A stretch of 64,000 nt of DNA from Amphiscolops sp. MND2022 (lineage: Eukaryota), in assembly GCA_964187785.1 (NCBI GenBank), contig OZ076409.1, positions 40,860,001 to 40,924,000 of the forward strand, written 5' to 3'. The notes below the pieces were generated by a model. That model had not been told where the DNA came from and did no database searches. It saw only the letters and a program-made list of their open reading frames with translations. Positions 1-13,270 of this stretch are shown piece by piece (position 1 is the first letter of the stretch; each line of letters opens with the position of its first letter). The translations under genes and the position numbers were made by a program.

Positions 1-1149
1 ATCAGTTGAGTGATTGGTCGTTGTTGTCAGTTTGAACGATCATGACTTAAAATGTTTTGTAAAACTTTTTGTCCTTCTCTAAAGTAGATTATCATCATTT
101 AATTAAATAAACGACTAAATACACTTTTAATACTTCGTTTTCCCTTCCAAAGAACCGACCTGCAGGTATTTCCTGATCCAAAAGCGAAAGGCTAGCAGCA
201 ATGCAAGCTGCATGTCAATTTGTTTTGAACTGTTTCGTCGGGTGACCAATATTTTGGAGAATTTCTGAGCTGTTTAAACTTCGAAGCTCTGATCGGATAT
301 TTTTCTAAAACTTCAGAAAAGTTTTGATACGTTTCTTGTCGTACGTTTTTGATTTGTGTCAAAAAATTGGCTCGAAGCTTAACTTGACATGTAATCTAAA
401 AATGTTCACAACCTTGAAAGATTATCAAAATGATTTTTTGTATTATGGATTTTCCAGTATTCGAAAAACGAAGATATTCTTTTCGCATTTCATATGTGCG
501 TATTTATTGGCAAATCAGATGGCAAAGAAAGTGCGACTTATAATAAACTGTTTTGGTTATCGCAATGATGACCCGCAATGATTAATTTGTTTGTTTCAAA
601 AGCACTCTCAAAATTTTTCTATGCAAAGTTGTTTCAGACGGCGCTTTCGAAGAAAGAGCAGTTTATAGAAATTAATTGAAGGCATCACGAATTGACAAAA
701 TGTTTGCTTTGAATTTCAACTCAAAAATTGTCCAGTTGATCTGGGTTTGGCAGTTGAACTATTCTGAAAGCGTTGTCTGATGTAACGCATATAAAGTATT
801 GCAAGACGCCCGCTGAGCAGCGAAATATTTTCCGCCCCAAACTGTTCTACAACGACATAAATTTGAGGCTCAACGATAGCCAAAGCACTATCAAAATGCA
901 AAAGTTCGAAGAAAATGTTAGATACATCTCAGCCCATTTTTAGAGCAAACACCTAATTTATAAACACGCTAAGTCCCTAATTGTTTTGTTGTTAAACTAT
1001 GTGGATACCAGTACCTAACATCAAATTATCAGTCGGCTCTTTTCGTCAGGAAAGAGCACCTTTAGTCATTGATTTTCGTCAATATTTTTTTTCGATAACA
1101 CCTGATCTACCAAAAATTCTTCAACTTTTCAAGTAAAATCTTACTGCGA

Positions 1150-1222
1150 CTGGACCTAGTGGTTAACATGGATTGCCTGCAGTGTTACAAGCAAGGGTAC
1201 GTGGGTTCGAGTCTCACACTCA
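1150..1222 (+). other. tRNA-derived sequence (SINE head or tRNA pseudogene)
   Basis: A-box-like TGGACCTAGTGG and B-box GGTTCGAGTC at tRNA spacing. No clean cloverleaf. Related CAAGGTACGTGGGTTC motif on the minus strand at ~4875-4890 and ~7667-7683. Confidence 0.35.
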
Positions 1223-2130
1223 ACTATAAACTTGATGTTGGAAAAGTAGGGAAAGACCAACGCGTCCCCCAAAAACGTTTCGGGACTGTGCAACTTTTTT
1301 CAGTTTTTTATGCAAACATACACTCCCTCTCGTTCTTCAGCAGAAACCACAGCGTTTTGCAAAAGCATAGCTCGCCACTTCGTTTTTTTCTCGAACCTGT
1401 GCGACTTACAGAGTTTAGAGAACTTTTTTAAAGTTGAAACTACATATGTCTCTTCTAAAAAGCCTGATGGAAACGGAGTTTAGTTGTAAGTAACGTTTTT
1501 CGAAAGTTGTAATGATAAACTTGTCCGATATCTTTTGGAAACACTACCGGTGGCTACACGTTTCAATCCTGATCCCATGGGCTTTCTGATTGAAGTAAAG
1601 GTCCGGAAATGGTCCAATATTGGGACTGTTGTCGAAAATTGAGAAAACTCGGAAATTTTGGCACACTTGTTGATTTCGAGCAACTTCATCCCACTTTCTT
1701 CACAAATTGCGTTTTTATTACCCTGATGTTTCAACGTTAAGATCAATGGTTGTTCTATACAAACGTTTCGGTGTTTGAGCAAAAATTGGGATTAATGTGT
1801 CAAAAACGTGCTTTTTTGTCGGTTTTTTTTTGGATTTTGGGGTGTTTCTGAGGTCACTTCCAAAACAAAATTGCAGTTATACCTTCAAACCCGCCTACTG
1901 GATACAGGAATCAGTCCTTGCAGAATCGTTTGAACCATTTAATGCAAAGAAGTTGCTCGAAAATTGTACAAAAAAGTCCGTAACGTTAAAAACTTGAAAA
2001 TTCAGATTTTTTTGGGCTTTTGGTGTCATTCTGAGGAAATTTTCATCCATTCTTCCATTCCAGTTTTCTTTGCAAAACGAGCTGCGGACCTAGGTATACC
2101 ATCTGGAGCTTTTCGAAGCTTTTATCGCAC

Positions 2131-5100
2131 CAAAATTTTCTAATCACAAGAAAAAATAATTGAAAATGTAAGAAATCAACTTTTGACAGTTTCGACATTC
2201 TGCGGTCAAATTTGAGCAATTTTCGAACCGAAGTCTGCAAATATGTCCTTAAAAAGCCTGTAAAAAACCGCTTGATTTAATTTTTTTGCCTGGAAAATAA
2301 TAATAAATAGGATTGTCAGCATAAACAATTCTTGTTCTATTTTTCAGGTCTCGTTTGTTCAACGTCTTCCAGGTAGTGGTGTGGATTCGAATCTGACCAA
2401 CATCAAACATTTCATCTTTTTGGTAATTCTGCGTATTTTTTCAAACCGGGTACTTTCCACAACTTGTCCTATATTAGTATCTAGTCTTACTTATCAGCTA
2501 GGGGAGACTTTTTGACATCAAAAGAACGAGTGTTCACCAATTATTCATTCACTAAGAGTGTCGCCTGTGAAGGCAACTACTTAAAAGTAAATTTCTTTTG
2601 CTGAAGCAACAAAGCTCATAGTCCAAGATTTCGATGTCCGTCAGAATTACCAAGTTTGCACTTAAGCTAGTTTCAAAATCGAAAATGCTGTAGTGAACTC
2701 TCTTTGGAATTGGTTCACAAGTTTGCTTCGGCAAATTTTCATGAATTGATTTCATCTAGAAAACACGTGGAAACTAAGTGAAGTCCGAAATTGGTTTGCA
2801 TATTTTTTCTAGTCGCAGAAATATAGATGAACTCTTGAAAACTTTATCGAAATTATAAAAGGACCTTTCGAAAATATTTTTGAAACTTTTTGCAGTTAAG
2901 AAAAAAGTGTGATTCGAGTTTCGTGCTTCTCGTAAGTTGGAGTTTAAAACCGCATTGAGTCCCTACATTATTGCAGTATGTGCTAGTCACCTATATTGAA
3001 TTTACCCAATACTTTTCCTTCAGAAAACTATTGCTCGTCTAATGAGGTCTTCTATTTACACCCAAAAACTTGTCCCAAGAAGCGAAAAATGGCCTGTGCA
3101 ACTTCGCACCCTGTATATGGTACAGGCGGGGCGCCGTTATATACCGCCCCTTGGTTTCCATAGTGTATCGGTTTTTCCGTGAGAAGTTGAAAAACATCTA
3201 AAAGGTCCCCACTATTGCTGCTTGTTATGACTATAGTGACAATTTACAGTATCAGAAGACCAAAATTTCCAGGATAATTTTCTGAAATTTCCTAGAAAAG
3301 TGTTTCTTTTAGTTGATGTTTTGTAACCATATGGAACCGAAAATTTTTTAAAAAGTTTCCAATGAAACCGTGGCCATAGAACCACATATTTCCAGTGTCA
3401 CAATGCAACCCAGTCGACTGAATGAAAAAACTTCAGAACAGAAAAATAGCTTCCGACACAAAACACTTTTATAACTGTTTCATTGCAGCATCTATTGTCG
3501 GTTAGGGCCACTAGTTTTTTTTTCGGAACAAAGTATTAACTCAACCGGTCCATCCTCCATATTTCAATCCGTTCTTGTACCGATAGTCTAATTGGCATTT
3601 TTTGTTTCGGAAATAAGTTTCTGTCCATAACGCGATTCGATCCTGAGACCTTCTAGAATAGAATAAGCACTTGAGAACTGGACAAATGGCGCATTGAAAA
3701 CAGCTAATTACTTTCTTTATTCGAAGATGTGGAAATTTTAGATATCGAGGGGAGAGAGAATTTCCCAAGAATCTAACATTATCTCAAAAAAGGAAAGATT
3801 TTGGTGAGTAAATTCGACTCTTTTTATCGTGTACCCGCTCATGCAAAATCTCTCCAGTTGCTCAAGTTATTCGGCTCTCTTGAAATGGCTAAGAAAATTG
3901 AAGTACTATACGAGTTATTTTATAAAGAGTCAAATCTGGTTCTGTAACAAAATAATCGCTAATCAACGATTAGTCGCGATGCAGCCAGTTAAATCGAAGC
4001 ACAAAACACAGGTTCTACAGTTGTAGAAACTCAATCTCTAGCTCCCGGAGTTAGCGATAATTCAGTTCCTTCCGCTAAGCAAAGTTTCTTGTCCCGTCTT
4101 GAGGTTCAACTTGCTTGTTGCTCTCTTACTCGGTTGTGTCTATTCCAGTACATTCCAATTACGCCTCAATTATGATTGTTTGACGCACATGTTTCTAGTG
4201 ATCTCATCTTCACATTCTATCGTACGTGACATTTTTAATACTGGGCGTTGGCAACTTGAGTTCGTGTGTGGTCACTTTTATTTTTGCTTATTCCTTTTAT
4301 GGTAATGCGACGCCTCCAGGTGTACTCGACTAAATATTCTATGCGCCAACGAAAAACAGTTCAACAACTTGTCCGAAGTTCACATTCTATGATAATTTAA
4401 GTTTCCCAAGATATTTCCAATGTCGAGACAGTCGCTTAGTGTCCTTCATTTACATGGTATACATGCTCCCTATACGTGCGAGACTCTTCTCCGTCATTGT
4501 GCGAGCGGTTCATCGCGAATAGTCTCGCCTAACTGAAATGAAAAAAATTGTCAGGCAAATGACGCTGATATACATGTTCTAACGTAAGTTTTCTTATATG
4601 TTCAGGGTTCGTCCCTTGAAAAGACCTCGAAGTCGATGTGTGACCTTGAAGCTTCCCCGTGTTGTCCAATGTTGCGATATGCAGGGATATAGGGTCCTAG
4701 GGCTCATGGTCTCTGAGTTACATGATGTACATATGGTTTGTCTACTTAAAGCAATTATCCCCGAATAGGTTACAACTACAATTCAATTCACACTAGCAAT
4801 CGACTACGTTCGTATTGTGGTTCGTTCGGGATATTACAAGCCATGGTTAAATCTTTTTTTTCGCCTGCGCATCGGAACCCACGTACCTTGAACAAACAAT
4901 AGCCCTCGCGCAATGGACTTTCTAATCAAAATTTTCTAATCATAAGAAAAAAATCAATGAAAATGTAAGAAATCAACTTTTGACAGTTTCGACTTTCTGC
5001 GGTCAAATTTGAGCAATTTTCGAACCGAAGTCTTCAAATATGTCCTTAAAAAGACTGTAAAAACCGCTTCAATTTTTTTGCCTGGAAAATAATAATAAAT

Positions 5101-7714
5101 AGGATTGTCAGCGTAAACAATTCTTGTTCTATTTTTCAGGTCTCGTTTGTTCAACGTCTTCCAGGTAGTGGTGTGGATTCGAATCTGACCAACATCAAAC
5201 ATTTCATCTTTTTGGTAATTCTGCGTATTTTTTCAAACCGGGTACTTTCCACAACTTGTCCTATATTAGTATCTAGTCTTACTTATCAGCTAGGGGAGAC
5301 TTTTTGACATCAAAAGAACGAGTGTTCACCAATTATTCATTCACTAAGAGTGTCGCCTGTGAAGGCAACTACTTAAAAGTAAATTTCTTTTGCTGAAGCA
5401 ACAAAGCTCATAGTCCAAAATTTCGATGTCCGTCAGAATTACCAAGTTTGCACTTAAGCTAGTTTCAAAATGGAAAATGCTGTAGTGAACTCTCTTTGGA
5501 ATTGGTTCACAAGTTTGCTTCGGCAAATTTTCATGAATTGATTTCATCTAGAAAACACGTGGAAACTAAGTGAAGTCCGAAATTGGTTTGCATATTTTTT
5601 CTAGTCGCAGAAATATAGATGAACTCTTGAAAACTTTATCGAAATTATAAAAGGACCTTTCGAAAATATTTTTGAAACTTTTTGCAGTTAGGAAAAAAGT
5701 GTGATTCGAGTTTCGTGCTTCTCGTAAGTTGGAGTTTAAAACCGCATTGAGTCCCTACATTACTGCAGTATGTGCTAGTCACCTATATTGAATTTACCCA
5801 ATACTTTTCCTTCAGAAAACTATTGCTCGTCTAATGAGGTCTTCTATTTACACCCAAAAACTTGTCCCAAGAAGCGAAAAATGGCCTGTGCAACTTCGCA
5901 CCCTGTATATGGTACAGACGGGGCGCCGTTATATACCGCCCCTTGGTTTCCATAGTGTATCGGTTTTTCCGTGAGAAGTTGAAAAACATCTAAAAGGTCC
6001 CCACTATTGCTGCTTGTTATGACTATAGTGACAATTTACAGTATCAGAAGACCAAAATTTCCAGGATAATTTTCTGAAATTTCCTAGAAAAGTGTTTCTT
6101 TTAGTTGATGTTTTGTAACCATCTGGAACCGAAAATTTTTTAAAAAGTTTCCAATGAAACCGTGGCCATAGAACCACATATTTCCAGTGTCACAATGCAA
6201 CCCAGTCGACTGAATGAAAAAACTTCAGAACAGAAAAATAGCTTCCGACACAAAACACTTTTATAACTGTTTCATTGCAGCATCTATTGTCGGTTAGGGC
6301 CACTAGTTTTTTTTCGGATCAAAGTATTAACTCAACCGGTCCATCCTCCATATTTCAATCCGTTCTCGTTCCGATAGTCTAATTGGCATTTTTTGTTTCG
6401 GAAATAAGTTTCTGTCCATAACGCGAGTCGATCCTGAGACCTTCTAGAATAGAATAAGCACTTGAGAACTGGACAAATGGCGCATTGAAAACAGCTAATT
6501 ACTTTCTTTATTCGAAGATGTGGAAATTTTAGATATCGAGGGGAGAGAGAATTTCCCAAGAATCTAACATTATCTCAAAAAAGGAAAGATTTTGGTGAGT
6601 AAATTCGACTCTTTTTATCGTGTACCCGCTCATGCAAAATCTCTCCAGTTGCTCAAGTTATTCGGCTCTCTTGAAATGGCTAAGAAAATTGAAGTACTAT
6701 ACGAGTTATTTTATAAAGAGTCAAATCTGGTTCTGTAACAAAATAATCGCTAATCAACGATTAGTCGCGATGTAGCCAGTTAAATCGAAGCACAAAACAC
6801 AGGTTCTACAGTTGTAGAAACTCAATCTCTAGCTCCCGGAGTTAGCGATAATTCAGTTCCTTCCGCTAAGCAAAGTTTCTTGTCCCGTCTTGAGGTTCAA
6901 CTTGCTTGTTGCTCTCTTACTCGGTTGTGTCTATTCCAGTACATTCCAATTACGCCTCAATTATGATTGTTTGACGCACATGTTTCTAGTGATCTCATCT
7001 TCACATTCTATCGTACGTGACATTTTTAATACTGGGCGTTGGCAACTTGAGTTCGTGTGTGGTCACTTTTATTTTTGCTTATTCCTTTTATGGTAATGCG
7101 ACGCCTCCAGGTGTACTCGACTAAATATTCTATGCGCCAACGAAAAACAGTTCAACAACTTGTCCGAAGTTCACATTCTATGATAATTTAAGTTTCCCAA
7201 GATATTTCCAATGTCGAGACAGTCGCTTAGTGTCCTTCATTTACATGGTATACATGCTCCCTATACGTGCGAGACTCTTCTCCGTCATTGTGCGAGCGGT
7301 TCATCGCGAATAGTCTCGCCTAATCGAAATGAAAAAATTGTCAGGCAAATGACGCTGATATACATGTTCCAACGTAAGTTTTCCTATATGTTCAGGGTTC
7401 GCCCCTTGAAGTGACCTCGAAGTCGATGTGTGACCTTGAAGCTTCCCCGTGTCGTCCAATGTTGCGATATGCAGGGATATAGGGTCCTAGGGCTCATGGT
7501 CTCTGAGTTACATGATGTACATATGGTTTGTCTACTTAAAACAATTATCCCCGAATAGGTTACAACTACAATTCAATTCACACTAGCAATCGACTACGTT
7601 CGTATTGTGGTTCGTTCGGGATATTACAAGCCATGATTAAATCTGTTTTTTTTTCGCCTGCGCGTCGGAACCCACGTACCTTGAATAAACAATATCGCTC
7701 GCGCAATGGACTTT
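2131..7714. repeat. Head-to-tail tandem duplication of ~2.79 kb (copy A 2131-4921, copy B 4927-7714)
   Basis: Near-identical sequence at offset ~2791-2796. Duplicated short ORFs (2552/5344, 3541/6332, 4099/6890) differ by only a few residues. Confidence 0.97.
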
Positions 7715-10026
7715 ACTTTCATGTATTTAACTTAGGGTGGTAGGTGATTTATCGAACAAATTTCGTGACCCTTGGATTCAGTTTTGTCATTATTCATTAC
7801 ATAACATTCCAGTTCGTTTAACTAGGGTCAGTGCTTTGTGTGAATCGTAGGGTAATTCTAAAAATTACCGCAAACGCCCTATGAATTCTATGGGCTATCA
7901 TTTTAAAAATATAGTACCACCTATTCAAAGATCTGCCAACCGTAGGGGGTCGACCTACTGAACTTCCAGTTGTAACTGTCTGGAACCTAAATCGAGGTTC
8001 TCACTGGGGTTGAAACTTTCTGAACGAGTAGCATAATATCTCACGTGTACGTGCGTCTCCGAAAAATAATCTTCGAGAAAACCTTGACTGGGGGATTTGA
8101 AGATTGTCGACGCGTAATGATTCCGTGGTGAATTTTATACTATTTTCAGTCAGAAGAGAAACTTGGTAAAATTCGCGTTCAAAGACCTACTCTGAGTTAA
8201 CTGATTCGAACAAATTCATCGCTGGAGTCAATTATATGTTAGATGTAAGTGGTGAAAAGTGCCGTCTACGATTTAAACACCGATTTGCTAAATAGGTTTA
8301 ACTAAAACACGCTATGATGACCCTCTTCAGCTGTTTTTACTAAAACGACGGTCTGGAATCGTGATAAACAAAGTTCTGTCTATTAGCTGAGCTTCTTGCA
8401 AAAACAACAGGATGTTTATAGAAACGCCAAAATCTAAAGATTCCATTATTTTCCTTTAATGTTCCCTTTTGGCGGCAGTCTGCACTCAGCATTTCAGCCA
8501 CAAGGAAATTGTATGTACATTTGCTTCTGAAAGCCGAAGTACCTTCTTTCGATTGAGTTTGTTTGTATAAAAACCACTGCTTCAGAAAGCAACAGTTTGA
8601 AACAAGGCGGGAAGGGCAAAAGTCGGCACACCGCTCAAGGCTCAAAAGTGTACCCTGGGACTTGGTTTTAGTATCACTTGTTGAATAAAGGTTTTTCGAA
8701 ACTCCAAAAAAGTCATTGTACTGAAAACCTGACACTAAAGCTTCGCATTGGACGCAAATTCTGTGAATTTTTGGTGAAATATCGATAACGGTATACGATA
8801 AATTAAAACGTTATATCCGAACTTTGAAAACGTTTTATCCGAGTTTATGTACGTGTTAGATATTATGTAAGTTCTAGGAAAAATTTTCGGAAAAAGTCTC
8901 ACAGTACGGAAAAAATCCAAGTTAAAAACACCAAGGTAGCCAAAGGGGGAACCCTTAGTCTGTTTGCGAGGTTCTGGTGCGTTTTGTAGGTCCGTAGTTC
9001 ACTTCTGTACTGAGTTGAACAAAATTGATAGAAATTTATAAAATCTGTCACTTCGTCGGTCTTGATAAAAAAGAAAAGGCACTTTTATAATCTGCACTTT
9101 CTACGAAAGCGCCGACTAAAAATACTCAAATCTTTGAATTATAAACTCGTTCTCACGCTTTGATTTTTGTCGACAAACAATATCCGAAGGTTTTTGAGCA
9201 ACCTGTCGATGGATGAAGTGGAGCCGAATGTCTATATTTTGTTCATTTTTTTCTCGTTTAACTTGGAAAGTAGCAAAAAGCGGTACTTTTGAACAAGCTC
9301 CACGACACTAGTGAAAGATAATTTTTCAGTATTGAGAGATACTTTCTCGAAATCAACAAAACTAATCTGTGTTCTGATCGCTACACAAAGAGGTTTTCCT
9401 CAATAGATTTTGCCTGATTTTATGCAATGGATCCTAAGGGAATCCTCATTACGTTCCGATTGATTTAAATGGAGCCCTTTTGCTAGATTTATAAAATTTG
9501 ACATACTTTTTGGTCAAGATAATTCCCTTGTCCAACAATACATGCAGAATCATTTCCACGTGAACTTCGCTTTTTTCTCGCATGCCATGCACATTCCTAC
9601 ACCGTGTGAGCTCAAACAAGAAACAAGTCAAGAAGAGCTAACCGTCATCGCCGCTCCGAGGTTCAACCAGCCGGGAACGAAGTCGCTTGAGGCTCAAAAA
9701 GAGCAGTCTTCTATAATGCAAAGGGACAGCTAGTGTAAAATATTTCCTGAATCTTACTGTGCCAAAAATACCCGAAGCTGGCACCCTTGAGAATTGGAAA
9801 ACGTTTTTCCCTTAATTGAAAACATCAAATAGAATCAAAGAACAATTTCGGAAAAGTTGCACGGTGCCGAAGAACCCAAATAGAGATCCCTTTGTTTTTT
9901 CTAAACCGAAAACATCAGAAAAAAGAAGGGCAAACCCTTTGGTGAGCAAACGATTTTTTCAAAAGTTCCAAAGTGCCGAAGTAAAAGCTTACCTTTGCGA
10001 AACTAAAAAGGTAAATGTCCAAACTA

Positions 10027-10087
10027 AGATTCTAAACCGCGCACCTCCGCTTCTCTGTCATGCATTCTATCCACTCGGCCAAAAGGC
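10027..10087 (-). other. tRNA-derived sequence (degenerate)
   Basis: Minus strand reads TGGCCGAGTGG (A box) ... GGTTTAGAATC (B-box-like). Stems are incomplete. Confidence 0.3.
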
Positions 10088-11039
10088 GTGAGAACTAAAT
10101 GATTTTTTTCTATACGAAGCCCCGACGAAAAAACAACGCGTCTTACTAGATTGCTCTGCGTCTGAAGACATCAGCAAATTAAGTCAGCTCGTTTGGTAAG
10201 ATGAAATGTTTTCTGAGAAAAACTGCATGCTGCCGGGATACGTAACATTCATTGATGGTAACAACAGAAAATACCGTAACCCAATTCTATGCACTCGAAT
10301 AGCTGAGGCACACTATAACCGAGTACGTTTGATCCGAATCTATTCATGAACCCATGCATCGAAAATGCTTCATGTATAGTTCTATTGGAAAAGATAAATT
10401 TTCAGAGTTGGCTAGGTTGGAACATATCCCTTGACTTTGCAATTCGGATGAATGAAAAAACAACGCGCTGCAAGAGCCTCAATTTTCAAACCTGCATGCA
10501 GTCAATTGATAGTGTTGTTAGGTTTTTAAATAGTTTGCTTGAACAAAAAAATTTTCCTTCGAAAAAATTCCAGCAAAACGAATTTTTTGCCACACTGGCA
10601 CACTCTGATTGTTTGTTTACATTATATTGTAGTGTCTGTATTTACAAATATTGAGGGTTTGGCCGCAAAACTTGGAAAATTTCGCGGGGACGGGGAATTT
10701 TTGTTGAATTTCGTTGATGTGGCTTTGAAAACCAAATTGTTTAGAAATCCTAATTAATACTTGAAGAAATAGCATTGTATCAGGAAAATATTTAGCATGA
10801 AAGATTTGTCATATTCGGTTCAATCCGGTTCCCATGATCTCAACCGAGATTCGGTTTACAAACTTACAAACTGTCTAGTGTCTAGACACCAGCTAGAGTT
10901 GTGTACAAACAAACTCAAATCATGATAAATTACATTGAGTACATTTATACAAATACGTAAAGTACCATACAGTTGGGAAGTAGAGATATCTATTTTATAA
11001 TATTCTTTTCTCTTAACCTTAGATTAGCAGAATAGAACA

Positions 11040-11835
11040 TGGCGCAGTCAGCCAATTTTTAAACAATTGAAACAAACTTCTTACTACTAAACACAGAATG
11101 GCAGAGAAAAACATAGTCCCAAACCTCGAAACAAGAGCCACATGTGGAATTCCGGCATTCACATCGAGACAGTGGCTTGAGATATTCCGGCAGTTTTGTA
11201 AACGAGAACACAAGATAGATATTGCACCGTTACTGAAAGGAGAAGACGTAATAGAAACCGGGTGGACCGGAAAAGAACAAACAGTCCAAGATTTCTTGTG
11301 GGGAGTGGGACCGGAAGCACTTTACCAAATAACCAGGGCCGAATATAAAACGGAACCCAAAAGTATTAAAGTGAAAGACTTAAACCGGTTGTTCACCGAA
11401 TTCTATATGCCGAAAAGAAACACTTACCACAACCGCGAAGACTTCTTCTGGGCAAAACAGAATTCTGGAGACGGTTATTCGAAATCGAAAAAGAGTGTAA
11501 ATTCAACACTATTTCGGCTGAAGAATTGCTGATATCAAAGTATATGACCGCAATTACCCGTAAAAAATTACGGGATAAAATGATGAAAGAAAAAACACTG
11601 GAACCGAAGAAAGTAATCAAACTGAATAAACAGAATACATACGAGAAGAAAAACAAGAAGAATACAGATCCAGAAGCTTTGATATCAACAAAAGAAAAAC
11701 CATAATTAAAGGAGGAACCAATCCAAAGAATGGAACGATTGGGAACAAGACCGAAAAATAAAAATTTCGGAAACCGAGCATGCAGATTTTGCAGCGCACC
11801 CAATTGGACACCAATGCATAAATGTCCCCAGGAAC
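11040..11835 (+). mobile_element. Decayed LTR retrotransposon 5' internal region: PBS plus frameshifted gag fragment
   Basis: ...GAACA|TGGCGCAGTC (LTR end plus PBS complementary to a tRNA-Ser-type 3' end), followed by gag-like ORF 11098-11532. Its frameshifted continuation ends in a zinc-knuckle-like CRFCSAPNWTPMHKC. Confidence 0.7.
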
Positions 11836-12785
11836 TCCCCAAATCATACTAAAAGTGCTTCGCAACTCTAAGGGACAACTATCCATACAAACGCCATATC
11901 CGTATTGTCACATTCCTTTCCCTTGTTGAGCATGCTTGAGCTTCTTACATGTACATTAATGTTACCAGCAACTTTTATTATGATAATTTAAATATCTTAC
12001 GGAAACTTTAATGCGTCAATATTTCCATGTTGTCGCCAACTTTTATCAAGCTGCTTTAAAGAATCATCAAAGTTTTGGCGGCAATTTCAAGCCGAGAAGT
12101 TCTGCAAGTTTCAATATGCATCAGTTCTAATTTTAAATGCAGCTGAGACGTTAACAATTTTGCCGCCATTTTAATGCAAACTAAAATCCTTCACAATGTA
12201 AACAGCGAACTAGCGTCATCTTCAGCGTCCTCTTTGAGAAGCGGTGACTAAATCAGTTGAGTATTTGAGAAAGCAATGTGTGAATATGAAACCTTTATGG
12301 TCCAGAGTATGATCAGCCTGGAATCATACTGTGAGTGTGATGGCAGAGTAAGATTGACTTGTTTTTGTATGGGAGGGACACCCGGGTTCCGTTCAGCATT
12401 CAAAAGGATCAAGCATAACATTTGCCTCTTTTTGAGCCTTAAGTGGAGCATCGATTCGATTCATTCTCAGTTTGTTTTGGAGCAAGAAAATATTTCATGT
12501 CATTTTTTGTTCGATTTGATCATCTGTGATAGTTTGTGCGACACCCATGAGGAATCTGCATCAGAAAACGCTACATGACTCCATCAACTTTCTCATCACA
12601 AAGCCAACAAGAGGGGACCGTCTGAAGTCGTTGTGCCGCTCAGAGCCCAAAGTTTCATAGACACGTTGAATGTGGCATTCAGGAAATGCTCATAAGTTTA
12701 AAAGTGTCAAAAAAACTCAAGGAAATTCAGCGGCGCTTCTTCTATGCGAAATTTTCAAACTTATTGTAGCCGACTCATCCGACCT

Positions 12786-13270
12786 CGTCGTGAGTGCTCT
12801 CTAGGTCTCGGTTCCTGTTTGGGAACATAGGAAACTCATCTCTCGATTTGCTTCTGAATCTACGATCTAAGGCTACCTCAGATCTGCACCACTGCCCCCT
12901 AACCGGAACTTCACAACTTCTTTCTGGCATAAGTCCCTGCTGCGACCTTAATGTAGCTTGGATCTGAGGCAATATTTGATCACTTATTGCTTCATTTATG
13001 GCCCTATGGATCTGGGAACTAACGGAGCACATCAAATCACCCACCTCTTGAGTAATCCTTTGACTCAATTCTCCTAGTTTCAGCTAGTTTCAGCTTCACG
13101 CGACTTAGAGTGAGGGTTAGTATTTAGATTCACTGAAGTATCAAAACACGGACTATCACGCCTTCTGTCAAGACTACTAGATTCACTCTCCTCTCTCCCT
13201 CTCTCTAAGTTTTTCCCCTTAACATTATATCAAGGTTTTCGATATCAGATAACACATCTGCCTCTCTAGA
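12786..13270 (-). mobile_element. Degenerate LTR 3' end encoding a Gag-leader-like peptide
   Basis: Minus-strand frames read RKSREADVLSDIENLDIML... and SQRITQEVGDLMCSVSSQIHRAINEAISDQILPQIQATLRS...NRDLESTHD. The sequence ends at CACGACG, resembling a mutated LTR terminus. Organisation resembles the LTR-encoded leaders at 43776 and 55690. Confidence 0.45.

Noticed and set aside
1150..1222. Functional tRNA gene
   Set aside because: A/B boxes are present but acceptor and anticodon stems do not pair properly; kept only as tRNA-derived.
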